A stretch of 64,000 nt of DNA from Nitrospirota bacterium (GTDB lineage: Bacteria; Nitrospirota; UBA9217): the NCBI GenBank assembly GCA_963737155.1, contig CAVTRN010000002.1:1728001-1792000 (forward strand), in the 5' to 3' direction. The notes beneath the pieces were generated by a model that saw only the letters and a program-made list of their open reading frames with translations, did not search any database and had not been told where the DNA came from. Position numbers and translations under genes: made by a program. Positions within the stretch are counted from its first letter, which is position 1; the number at the start of each line of letters is the position of its first letter. Positions 1-9,624 of this stretch are shown piece by piece.

Positions 1-1311
1 TATTCCCTTGTTCCATCCCTTGATGTCCGTAACGGTCACATTATGTTTTCGGGCGATTTTGACAAGTGTCTCGCCACGACGCACGCGGTAGAATATCTGC
101 TGTCTGCTGCCATGACCGGGCGTCACATAGCTCGTATCCTGCGCATTACCGTTCAGGTCAATTGGAATCAGGAGATGCTTGCCGGGCGCAATGCGGTTCC
201 TTGTAAGCCCGTTGATATCCCTGATAGCTTCAGACGTGGTGCTGTACCGTTTGGCAAGACTGGAAAGCGTTTCACCCCTTTTGACCTCATGCCGTTCCCA
301 TTTGACCTTTTGTTCCGGTGGAACAGCCGCATAATTCGCAAGGAATATTTCTTTTTTCCCGGCCGGAATCCTGAGGACATAATTATTGGAGTCAGGCGGT
401 GTCACCCATCGCCTCAGCGCGGGATTCAATTCCTTGATATCCTCATAAGTGCACCCCGCGCAACGGGCAATGAGACGGAGGTCGGCGCTTTCCTCGATTG
501 TGACTTCATCGAAATTGAACGGTTCATGGTTGGTGACTGTGAAACCATAGGATTCAGGGTTTTTTGCAATGATCGTTGCAGCCATGTACTCGGGTACGTA
601 ATTTTTAGTCTCGTTACGGATATAGCGCGAGGCCTTGAGATCCCAGAAATCATCGGACCTGGTCCTGAGAACGGCGCGCTGGACCTTGCCTGCGCCGGCG
701 TTGTATGAGGCAAGCGCAAGCGGCCATGAGCCAAAGAGATTATGCAAATCCTTTAGGTCTTCAGCAGCCGCATTAGTAGATTTTATGGGGTCCTTACGCT
801 CGTCAATCCACCAATTGATTTTAAGACCGTAAAGTTTTCCAGTTGCCGACATGAATTGCCATGGACCGACAGCTTTTGCCCATGACACGGCGGAGAGATT
901 GAAACCGCTTTCGATCATGGCGACATAGACAAGGTCCTCGGGTAGGTTCTTCGCACGGAAGATATTCTTCATCACGGGGATATAACGTGCGGAACGATCA
1001 AGCCAGCGCTGAAACACCTCCCGGCCCCTCGTCTTGAAGTATTCGAGGTTGTTCTCCACGCTGTCGTTCAGCATCAGGGGGATCAGATAGGAGGTTTCAT
1101 CAGGCGTAATATCATCGGATTCGTCGACCTGCGCAATGTCTTCAGAGGGCGGCTTTACCTGGGTGGGGATATCTGAAACCACAGTTTGATTCAGCTGGGG
1201 CAAAGAATCCTCAGTGACAGGTTTGGGCAAAGAATCAGCAATGACTGGCGTGTAAGGGAATATAAATATAATTATAAAAAACAATAAAATCAATATATTG
1301 CTGTGTTTCAC
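1..1311 (-). CDS. mltD: Lytic murein transglycosylase with LysM domains (MltD-like), runs off the window edge
   Basis: Not in the ORF track. Manual minus-strand translation from GTG at 1311 (GGAGG upstream) gives a signal peptide, SLT motifs AMIESGFN, AVGPWQFM, LASYNAG, ETKNYV, and LysM repeats HEVKRGETLSSLAKRY and YRVRRGETLVKIARKH. Confidence 0.9.
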   Translation of the reverse strand, partial: MKHSNILILLFFIIIFIFPYTPVIADSLPKPVTEDSLPQLNQTVVSDIPTQVKPPSEDIAQVDESDDITPDETSYLIPLMLNDSVENNLEYFKTRGREVFQRWLDRSARYIPVMKNIFRAKNLPEDLVYVAMIESGFNLSAVSWAKAVGPWQFMSATGKLYGLKINWWIDERKDPIKSTNAAAEDLKDLHNLFGSWPLALASYNAGAGKVQRAVLRTRSDDFWDLKASRYIRNETKNYVPEYMAATIIAKNPESYGFTVTNHEPFNFDEVTIEESADLRLIARCAGCTYEDIKELNPALRRWVTPPDSNNYVLRIPAGKKEIFLANYAAVPPEQKVKWERHEVKRGETLSSLAKRYSTTSEAIRDINGLTRNRIAPGKHLLIPIDLNGNAQDTSYVTPGHGSRQQIFYRVRRGETLVKIARKHNVTVTDIKGWNKGI

Positions 1312-1507
1312 ATTCCCTCCTTATTTAGTATTCACATTATCTTGTTCAGGGCCATTTGTCAAGCAGGAATGCCGCCTTTATAAGTGTTTTTTCTCTCTTT
1401 ACTTATCGGTTTTTCCCGGGTTTTCTTTAATCGGCGCCAGTGCCCGCTGGTGTGAATGTATCACCGTGTCGCTTGTAATTCGAGGGAAAGTTCTGTATTA
1501 TTGCTCC

Positions 1508-2266
1508 ATGATTTATGCCCGTTTAAACGAGGTATTTGCGTCAATACAGGGTGAGGGGGTAAGGATCGGAGAGCGTCATATCTTTGTCCGATTTCAGGGG
1601 TGTAATATGAGTTGTTCTTTTTGCGACACCCCAACCTCTATAAATGAGGATGACAATTTTGCGGAGCAGGTTTTCTGCAGCGTCCAGGTCACACGGGAAT
1701 TGTCAGATGCCCGTGAACAGATTCTAAATCCCGTTTCAGTTTCCCGTCTCGCCGAACTGTGCTCCAGCCTGGTCGTGCCCGGTCCTGCACGGCCCATACT
1801 TAGCCTTACCGGAGGAGAACCGTTGCTGCAGCAGGAGTTCTTGATCCAATGGCTACCACTTGCGAGGAAGGATTTCCGAATTTATCTGGAAACGAATGGT
1901 GTCCAGGTCGATGCCATGAAAAAAGTCAGCAGCGTCGTCGATGTCGTGAGCATGGACTTCAAACTTCCATCGGCAACAGGGCTTCGAGCGTTTTGGGACG
2001 AACACAGGAGGTTTCTTCTCGCCGCGGCGGGGACCGATCTATTTGTGAAGGCTGTCGTAACCTGTGTCACGCGGATGGAGGACATCTTGATTTCCGCACG
2101 GATTATTGCCGATATCAACCGGTCCATTCCCTTTGTTCTCCAGCCGTCGATCGGCGACCTGAAGCCCGATCCGCAAATGCTGGTGGAGTTTCAGGATGCC
2201 GCGCTCCGGACCATCGATAATGTCCGGGTCATTCCTCAAGTCCATAAAATTCTGGGATTACCGTGA
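1508..2266 (+). CDS. queE: 7-carboxy-7-deazaguanine synthase (radical SAM)
   Basis: EVFASIQGEG, FVRFQGCNMSCSFCDT (CxxxCxxC), LTGGEPLLQ, LETNG, C-terminal PQVHK; start moved to ATG 1508. Confidence 0.9.
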   Translation: MIYARLNEVFASIQGEGVRIGERHIFVRFQGCNMSCSFCDTPTSINEDDNFAEQVFCSVQVTRELSDAREQILNPVSVSRLAELCSSLVVPGPARPILSLTGGEPLLQQEFLIQWLPLARKDFRIYLETNGVQVDAMKKVSSVVDVVSMDFKLPSATGLRAFWDEHRRFLLAAAGTDLFVKAVVTCVTRMEDILISARIIADINRSIPFVLQPSIGDLKPDPQMLVEFQDAALRTIDNVRVIPQVHKILGLP

Positions 2267-2426
2267 AGGCAGGCTGACAAGGGCGTTGGGGGCGAAATGC
2301 CAACATCTCTCGCTTCCGCGAGAACCATTACGTCAAGGGACTGCCGTGCAATGGAAGGTAACTATCGGTGCAATCGGAACATTGGAAAATTACTATTCAT
2401 TCACAAGAAAGTTCGATGGACATGCC

Positions 2427-3842
2427 ATGGATTATCATCTTCTTTCGCAAATCGTAGAAGAACTTTCAATGAGTCTTACCGGGGCGAGGCTGGAGCGCGT
2501 GTTTCAGGGAGTAGATCGCGATATTTATTTGCTGTTCAGAAAAGACCGCAAGAACTTTATCCTATTGCTTTCCCCTCAGCGCGCTATGCCGCGCATACAT
2601 CTCATAAGCAGGAAACCCCAATCGATCAGCGATCCCGACCCCCTTGTGTTAAACCTCAGGAGCCGTCTCGTCGGAGCGCGTTTGACGTATATTGGCGTCC
2701 TGAACCAGGACCGCATCATTGAAATGCTTTTTGAAAGAGATTCGGATAAGCTTCGACTTATCCTGGAACTGACCGGATCATCATCGAACCTTTTTTTTAC
2801 CGACGAAAAACTCAATATTCTCGCTTCGTTTTATCAGGTAACCCCTTCGGAGCAGGGGACCCGCAGGTTACTGTCTGGCAGCCGGTATGTTCCGCTTCAA
2901 AAAACAGCGTTTGATATTTTTCTGAGATCGGAGTCCTATATCAATGTTTCAGGTTCTCCCAACAAGTCGGCAGAATATTTTTACCTGAATACCATTCAGC
3001 AGCGAAAATCCAAGGCCATCCGGTCGGAACTGTGTTCCTTCTTAAAGAAGGCAATTAAAAAAGCGGAGCGTAAACGTGCTGCGTTAATTGTGGATCTGGA
3101 GGCAATGGGGCAGGCCGAGGAGCACCGTCATAAAGGGGACGTTATATTTGCTAATGTTCAGAAACTGAAGCAAGGGATCGAGCATGCCGTTCTAACAGGA
3201 TATGATGGAATCGCTGTTTCCGTCCTCATGGATCCCAAAAGGTCCCCGGCAAAAAACGCCGAATTGTATTTTAAAAAGTACAAAAAAGCGAAAACAGGCC
3301 TGCCTCTCATAACAAAGCGTTTGGGCGAAACAGAGAAAGAACTTTTCCGGCTGCGTACCGCGCTGGTCGAGGTTGAGAATGCAACGGATATTGGTTCTCT
3401 GAATATCTTGCGTTCTGCACTCATCAATCGTGGCTCCGCAGATAAGGGGAGGGGGACAATGCGACAGGCCTCGTCTCCAACGCTGAGCGGAATCAGGGCG
3501 GTTAATTTTCAAGGATGGGAAATTCTTGTAGGCAGGAGTGCTGATGGCAACGAACGTCTCACCACAAAACTCGCAAAAGCTGATGACCTCTGGCTTCATG
3601 CGGAAGGTCTGCCAGGCTCCCATGTGCTCATCAGGAATCCACACAAGACGGAAATCCCACCGGATGTTCTTGTCAAAGCCGCTTCCCTGGCGGCGTTTTA
3701 CAGCAAAGGTAAGGAATCGGATAAGGTTCCCGTGACCTATACCGAGGCACGCTATGTCAGAAAACCAAAGGGGGCAAAACCCGGACTTGTGACGCTTACT
3801 CAGCGTAATACTATAATGATTAAGCCGGCAGTCGATGCATAG
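2427..3842 (+). CDS. NFACT/FbpA family ribosome quality-control protein (Rqc2/RqcH homolog)
   Basis: DRIIEM, ELTGSSSNL, NAELYFKKYKKAK, ILVGR..GNERLT, DLWLHA..PGSHV, AAFYSK, VRKPKGAKPGLV; start at MDYHLL. Confidence 0.88.
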   Translation: MDYHLLSQIVEELSMSLTGARLERVFQGVDRDIYLLFRKDRKNFILLLSPQRAMPRIHLISRKPQSISDPDPLVLNLRSRLVGARLTYIGVLNQDRIIEMLFERDSDKLRLILELTGSSSNLFFTDEKLNILASFYQVTPSEQGTRRLLSGSRYVPLQKTAFDIFLRSESYINVSGSPNKSAEYFYLNTIQQRKSKAIRSELCSFLKKAIKKAERKRAALIVDLEAMGQAEEHRHKGDVIFANVQKLKQGIEHAVLTGYDGIAVSVLMDPKRSPAKNAELYFKKYKKAKTGLPLITKRLGETEKELFRLRTALVEVENATDIGSLNILRSALINRGSADKGRGTMRQASSPTLSGIRAVNFQGWEILVGRSADGNERLTTKLAKADDLWLHAEGLPGSHVLIRNPHKTEIPPDVLVKAASLAAFYSKGKESDKVPVTYTEARYVRKPKGAKPGLVTLTQRNTIMIKPAVDA

Positions 3843-4159
3843 AGGTGAGTATTCTACCATCTCAGACGACTGGTTGGTGATAATTCCCTTAAAAGTATCG
3901 TACGTTGTAAACAAAATTCACCAATCTTCGGGTTGACTTATGACGGGATCAGAATGAATTCGAGCAGAGTGATAAGAAAATAGTTTGTTTGAATCAAGAA
4001 AACATATTGGCGAGATGAATCTTAGTCGTCCGCTTATTTTCATCCACGGTGGATTAAATGTAGAGATAATCAAGCGATGTGAGGTATCTCAAAAATAATT
4101 TGATGCGGGTCAGTTGAAGTTAGGTTTTAAAAGTGGCAGGGGCGTAAGCGCATGGGTAT

Positions 4160-4933
4160 CTACTTTTTTTTTGATTCCTGCCAGAGCTGTTCCATCTCGT
4201 CGAGTGTCATTGCGCTTAGTGATTTTCCTGCATCAAGAGCGTGTTCCTCAATGTACCTGAACCTATGAATGAACTTGCTAATGGTCTTGCGGAGCGCTTC
4301 CTCAGGATTGACTCCGAGGAAGCGCGAGATGTTCACTAGCATGAAAAAAATATCGCCAAGTTCCTCTTCGATGCCCGCAGAATCCTCTTTTCTCAACGAC
4401 ATCTTGAATTCGGCGATTTCTTCGTCGAGCTTGGGCAGGGCCTCATCAATACGGCTCCAGTCGAAACCGACACGTGCAGCGCGCTCCTGCAGGCTGTGTG
4501 CACGAAGAAGTGATGGAAGACGCCTCGGCACGCCCTCAAGGATTGACCTCCGCTCTGTATGACCCCTTTCCTTCTTCTTGATTTCTTCCCAGTTCGCGAG
4601 GACGTCTTTGTCTGAGTTAACCCGCGTATCGCCGAATACGTGAGGATGGCGGCGTACCATCTTCTCATAGATACCTGCGATAACATCGCTGATAGTGAAT
4701 TGGTGCTGTTCCTCAGCTATGCGCGCATGGAAAATTATCTGGAACAGCAGGTCGCCCAGTTCTTCCTTGACCTTTTCAGGGGAACCTTCATCAAGAGCAT
4801 CAATAACCTCATAACATTCCTCGACCAGAAAAGGCTTGAGCGATTCAGGAGTCTGCTTGAGGTCCCAAGGGCAGCCATCGGGTCCGCGGAGCTTCACCAT
4901 GAGAGCAACGAGATCGGGAAAATTATCAGCCAT
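4160..4933 (-). CDS. mazG: Nucleoside triphosphate pyrophosphohydrolase MazG
   Basis: LRGPDGCPWD, EECYEV, EELGDLL, RRHPHVF, second EEELGD domain. Confidence 0.95.
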   Translation of the reverse strand: MADNFPDLVALMVKLRGPDGCPWDLKQTPESLKPFLVEECYEVIDALDEGSPEKVKEELGDLLFQIIFHARIAEEQHQFTISDVIAGIYEKMVRRHPHVFGDTRVNSDKDVLANWEEIKKKERGHTERRSILEGVPRRLPSLLRAHSLQERAARVGFDWSRIDEALPKLDEEIAEFKMSLRKEDSAGIEEELGDIFFMLVNISRFLGVNPEEALRKTISKFIHRFRYIEEHALDAGKSLSAMTLDEMEQLWQESKKK

Positions 4934-5100
4934 AAGGACCTCATTACGTTATTTTGCATTTAACATCTTTTTTTAATAAATTCTTGTCGTACCTTACACA
5001 AAGAACCATTCGTTTGCAAGCTTTTTTCTTGAAATAAGAATGCGTTATGTGGTAATGTGTCCAAATAATGTTCATCATTGATCCTGAAAGGAGACTGGCT

Positions 5101-5520
5101 ATGCATCGGCGGAAAATCACCTCACTTTTAATCCTTATGACGTTTATCCTTCTTACCGGCATGGGAGGAAACGGGGGGTTCGAACGGGCCCCTCGCGTTG
5201 AAAAGAACTTTTCCGTCACGATAGTCGACACGAGTGGCAACAAAATTGAGGGAAATAAGTTCAGTACGGAAGGACGGATACAATTCGAAGGCTATATGGG
5301 TATGGCGCAAGTAACGATACCATTCGACCGGATTAACGTAATATCCGTCGGTGAACCGAAGGAGCAAAAAGTGAGGGTTACTGCCACGCTTAATGATGGA
5401 AGCCAAACGAGTTTTGATGTAAATGCGACGTCACGCTGTTTTGGTGAAGCATCATTCGGGAGTTTCATGCTCGAGATGTATGAGATAAAGACAATAACCT
5501 TCAATGGAATTCGTGAATGA
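5101..5520 (+). CDS. Hypothetical exported protein
   Basis: Basic N-terminus plus hydrophobic signal segment followed by a beta-rich domain; AAGGAG upstream of ATG 5101. Confidence 0.7.
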   Translation: MHRRKITSLLILMTFILLTGMGGNGGFERAPRVEKNFSVTIVDTSGNKIEGNKFSTEGRIQFEGYMGMAQVTIPFDRINVISVGEPKEQKVRVTATLNDGSQTSFDVNATSRCFGEASFGSFMLEMYEIKTITFNGIRE

Positions 5521-6007
5521 CTCTGAGATATCTCTCTCATTTGAGTTTACCAGCTTCCATCATTCGTTCCCTCCGTACTCGGGTGCCGCAAAACGGTAAC
5601 CCTAGGATTTGTTGTATTTTTTGAACGTCGATAATGATTTCTGCATGTCTGAAGCGGTAGGTAAGCCGCTCATTCTCATTGAGGTGTTTCTCATTCTGTG
5701 TATGGAACAACTTGTGTATAGTTCATTCGCATCAATCGCTTTATTAGCTGCCATTTTCTAGATATTAGTACGCAAAAACGGTGTTAAAATCTGAGCAGGC
5801 CTAAAAGCCGTTGCGCCGCACAAAGAGCTGATAAGTCTGTTGGTATTTTAACCTGCTTTACAAACTGCGTTGTCATGATATCGAAGCATCCATATCTCTG
5901 ACTTCCTGATAATGGGTACATCTGCTGCCTACATTACTCTTGAAATTCTGCTGTATCGTTTTATTTCGTTCTTCCATTTTGGATGAAATCCGGACTACGA
6001 TAAAAGC

Positions 6008-6394
6008 ATGAAGACAAAAGGCCCCATGCAACTAATAAAATATGCCGGTGTCGGAGGCGTCGCGGCCATTGTGGAGTGGACGAGTTTCGGTGTGTTGGTC
6101 GGTTCAGCACACATCTTTTACTTGACTGCCGTGGTCCTGAGTTTTATCGCATCTACGGCCACAAACTATGTTTTGAGTTCACGGCTTGTTTTTGTTCGTG
6201 GGCGCCATTCTTACTTTAAGGAAGTTTTCCTGCTCTACCTGGTAAGCGCTGCAGGATTGCTTGTAAATTTGATTCTTATGTCGCTTCTTGTAGGATTTCT
6301 GGGGATGCACGCCATGCCGGCAAAAATAGTGTCCACGGGAATCGTGTTTTTCTGGAATTACGGCGCAAGAAAAATGTGGATTTTCGAGAAATAA
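6008..6394 (+). CDS. GtrA family membrane protein
   Basis: 128 aa, four TM segments, QLIKYAGVG, NYVLSSRLVF, AKIVSTGIVFFWNY..RKMWIF. Confidence 0.9.
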   Translation: MKTKGPMQLIKYAGVGGVAAIVEWTSFGVLVGSAHIFYLTAVVLSFIASTATNYVLSSRLVFVRGRHSYFKEVFLLYLVSAAGLLVNLILMSLLVGFLGMHAMPAKIVSTGIVFFWNYGARKMWIFEK

Positions 6395-6904
6395 TGCCTA
6401 ATTACTCCCTGCGGGAGAGCGAATGGCCATGATCATTGATCTTTCCAAAAAAACTTAATAAAAAAATATTGTTTCTTATCTTCTGCACGATTGGCGACAA
6501 GACCTGTCAATACTTAAAGAAATTAAGAAGCGCTGCTCGCTTCCGAAACGAGTCGCAGCCACTCTCTATTGCAATAGCATGGAAACGACCAGAGTAGGTT
6601 CGCTTGTTAGAGACAACTTCGGCTATGCTGTATAGTATAATCGCTTTTTGTGCCGGTGGTGCGTCTGCAGAGTGCAGGCAGGAATGTTGTTGGCTCGATA
6701 TGTTTTGACACTGTTTATCTTATAGTATGAGATTGCGAACGTTCTCTGACGCTTACTCACTTTCTCGCAATTCTGACCGGATCAGACGGAAGTACCCGAG
6801 GCTCGGTAACATCGGTGGCCAGGTAATATAACATGAACTTCTCTGATAAGCGTGGTGCACATTTGCTGTAATGGCACAAAAAAAGCAGAAGGGCGAAGCT
6901 CCTG

Positions 6905-9508
6905 ATGATCGATAAGAAGCAAGACAACAATCTGATCAATACAACCACCGACATCAAAGCCGTGCTTGAAGAAGAAAATGCGGTAATCAAGGCCGCGCAC
7001 TTCGCTGGTGCAGGAGGGAGCGAGGTTGTACAGCGTCGTACAGGTCTCATAGACCGGACGCTCCGCGAAGCGCATGCCCGTCTTTCAGCTGCCGGAAGCA
7101 TGCCCTCGCTGATTGCCATCGGTGGCTATGGAAGGGGAGAATTGAATCCCCATTCGGACATTGACATCATGTTTCTGTGTGGAGACGAAGCTGCCCGGAA
7201 ACGTTCCCCGGAATTGCTTTACCTGCTCTGGGATGCAGGTCTCGATGTCGGCTATAGCGTACGAACCGTGAAGGAATGCGCGGCCTTGGCCCGGCAGGAC
7301 ATTAAAATCCGCACCTCCTTGCTCGAGGCCCGTTTTATTGCTGGTGACCCAGGCCTCTATGGTATTTTTTCCGAAGCAATGCATGGTGAAGTATTCTATT
7401 GGAAATCCGCCGAATTCATCCATGAGAAAATAGTGGAAAGGAACGTGACTCGAAGAAAACTCGGCGGTTCTATCTATCTGCGGGAGCCGAATATCAAAGA
7501 GGGAGAAGGAGGGCTCAGGGACTTTCACACGGCTCTTTGGATATCCTTCGTACATTTTCGCATTTCCTCGCTCGCCGAACTGGTTGTGCGAGGCGTCATA
7601 ACCGAGGGCCAGTACGCTGTATTTCAACGCTCGCGGAATTTTCTCTGGCGCATTCGTAACGAAGTACACTACCTTTCAGGCCGCAAAAACGATCATCTGA
7701 CCTTTGACCACCAGGAACGCGCGGCGTCGGATTTTCGTTATCGTGACTCCGCCCACCTTCTTGCCGTGGAGCGGTTTATGAAAGCATATTTTCTTCATGC
7801 GCGGAACGTCAGGGAGTTCACCAGTATCGTAACTGAAGCCGTTCTGCCGAAACCGTCCCGCCGATGGTTCGAACGTAAAATGATGATCGGGCCTTTCAGC
7901 CTGATCGGCAAAACACTTGTTCCTCCCTCCGATGACAGTTGTCGCGGAGACCCGTCGCTGATCTTATCCGCTTTTGAAATAGCTCAATCCCGTCATGCGG
8001 TGCTATCCGATCATTTTAAGTCGCTTATTCGGGAAAGCAGGATCGATGATCAAACAAGATCATCCATGTCAGCAGCGAAGGCATTCCTAGCTATTCTAAA
8101 CAACCCTGACGGGCTGTCCGAAACTCTCGGCCTCATGAAGGAATTGCGTCTTCTTGGCAGGTATCTTCCGGAATTCCGGGCAATCCAGGCGCTTGCACGG
8201 CATGATTACTACCACCTCTATACCGTGGATGAACATATCCTTCTTGCGATCAGGAACCTGCAGAACCTGTGGACGGGGAATTATCCCAGCCTTTCAACGT
8301 TATCTGATGCAATGAAGACCCTGAAAAAACGATGGATACTGTTTCTTGCTGTCCTTCTTCATGACCTCGGAAAGGCTTTCCGTTATGACCATGCAAAGGC
8401 TGGGGCAAAGCTGGCCGAATCTATTCTAACGAGGTTCGGCATTGAAGGTGAAGAACGCCAAAGGGTCCTCTTCCTCGTTGAAAATCATCTTGTCATGTCG
8501 TCCCTTTCCCAACGACGCGAATTGACGGACCGGAAGGTGATTGCGGACTTCGCCCGGCTAGTGCAAGACCGGGAAAATCTTTCCTTGCTCTATCTCCTTA
8601 CCTATGCCGACATCTCGGCGGTCAATCCGATGGCCTGGACGCAATGGAAGGCCGTGCTCCTCCAGGATCTCTATGTAAGGACTCTTGATTACATCGAAAA
8701 ACGCGCTCTTGTCGAGGAAGAAGACAAAGCACGGCTTGCCGCCCAGATTGCCAAGATCAGGACCGAGACTCAGGACAAGTTTACTCCTCGGGAAGTCGAC
8801 GACTTCATATCGGTTATGTCCGACCAGTATATTCTCTATACGTCCACCCGTAAAGTCGCTTACCACATGCAGATGATGAGGCGGCTCCAGGTCGAACAGC
8901 TTGTGATCGATCATCGTCATTATCCCGGAAGAGGCTACACGGAACTTGTTGTCTGTGCCTATGATGCCTATGGGATGTTTTACCGTACGGCGGGTGTGAT
9001 CGCGTCCAAGAATCTTAACATTCTTCGCGCCCAGGTCTATACATCGAAAAGTGGAGTCATGCTTGACACATTTCAGATCACCGATGCTGAAGGGAAGCTC
9101 TGCGACTATGAACCGGCATGGGAGAGCGTGCTGGCTGAGCTCCGGATGGCTCTCATGAACAAGTCACGACTAGCGGAACCAAGTCATTATGGCCGAAGGC
9201 AGCGGCCGGCAACCGCAATAACTCCGGTCGTCGAATTCGACAATGAAACGTCGGCGAGCTTTACGATCATTGACATGTTGGCCCGTGATAGGGTGGGGCT
9301 GCTTTATTCCATGACAAAAGCTCTCTATGAACTCAATCTGGACATTGGTTCGGCAAAAATCGTAACTGAAGGGCCGAGGGTCATGGATTCGTTCTATGTG
9401 ACGGATTACCTACATGGGAAAATTACCGAGGAGCGCAGGCTGAAAAAAATCCAAGAGACGCTTATGTCCGTTCTGGGAGAAGGCGAAGCAGGAAAGTATC
9501 CGGAATAG
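6905..9508 (+). CDS. glnD: [Protein-PII] uridylyltransferase / uridylyl-removing enzyme
   Basis: AIGGYGRGELNPHSDID, EPNIKEGEGGLRD, YHLYTVDEH, LLHDLGK (HD domain), two C-terminal ACT domains. Confidence 0.96.
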   Translation: MIDKKQDNNLINTTTDIKAVLEEENAVIKAAHFAGAGGSEVVQRRTGLIDRTLREAHARLSAAGSMPSLIAIGGYGRGELNPHSDIDIMFLCGDEAARKRSPELLYLLWDAGLDVGYSVRTVKECAALARQDIKIRTSLLEARFIAGDPGLYGIFSEAMHGEVFYWKSAEFIHEKIVERNVTRRKLGGSIYLREPNIKEGEGGLRDFHTALWISFVHFRISSLAELVVRGVITEGQYAVFQRSRNFLWRIRNEVHYLSGRKNDHLTFDHQERAASDFRYRDSAHLLAVERFMKAYFLHARNVREFTSIVTEAVLPKPSRRWFERKMMIGPFSLIGKTLVPPSDDSCRGDPSLILSAFEIAQSRHAVLSDHFKSLIRESRIDDQTRSSMSAAKAFLAILNNPDGLSETLGLMKELRLLGRYLPEFRAIQALARHDYYHLYTVDEHILLAIRNLQNLWTGNYPSLSTLSDAMKTLKKRWILFLAVLLHDLGKAFRYDHAKAGAKLAESILTRFGIEGEERQRVLFLVENHLVMSSLSQRRELTDRKVIADFARLVQDRENLSLLYLLTYADISAVNPMAWTQWKAVLLQDLYVRTLDYIEKRALVEEEDKARLAAQIAKIRTETQDKFTPREVDDFISVMSDQYILYTSTRKVAYHMQMMRRLQVEQLVIDHRHYPGRGYTELVVCAYDAYGMFYRTAGVIASKNLNILRAQVYTSKSGVMLDTFQITDAEGKLCDYEPAWESVLAELRMALMNKSRLAEPSHYGRRQRPATAITPVVEFDNETSASFTIIDMLARDRVGLLYSMTKALYELNLDIGSAKIVTEGPRVMDSFYVTDYLHGKITEERRLKKIQETLMSVLGEGEAGKYPE

Positions 9509-9624
9509 GACGAGGTAGTCAACGAGCCAATCAATGCCGCAGAAATTCACCGCTTAGAACGGGGAAATTATGACAGATTCCCTCTCTGGAAAAACGGAGA
9601 AACATGCTCGGGCACAATCACCCA

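Noticed and set aside
43-832. Plus-strand ORFs of 221 and 65 aa
   Set aside because: Antisense shadows of the minus-strand mltD gene
5520-6000. Possible decayed minus-strand gene
   Set aside because: Multiple stops and no recognisable motif
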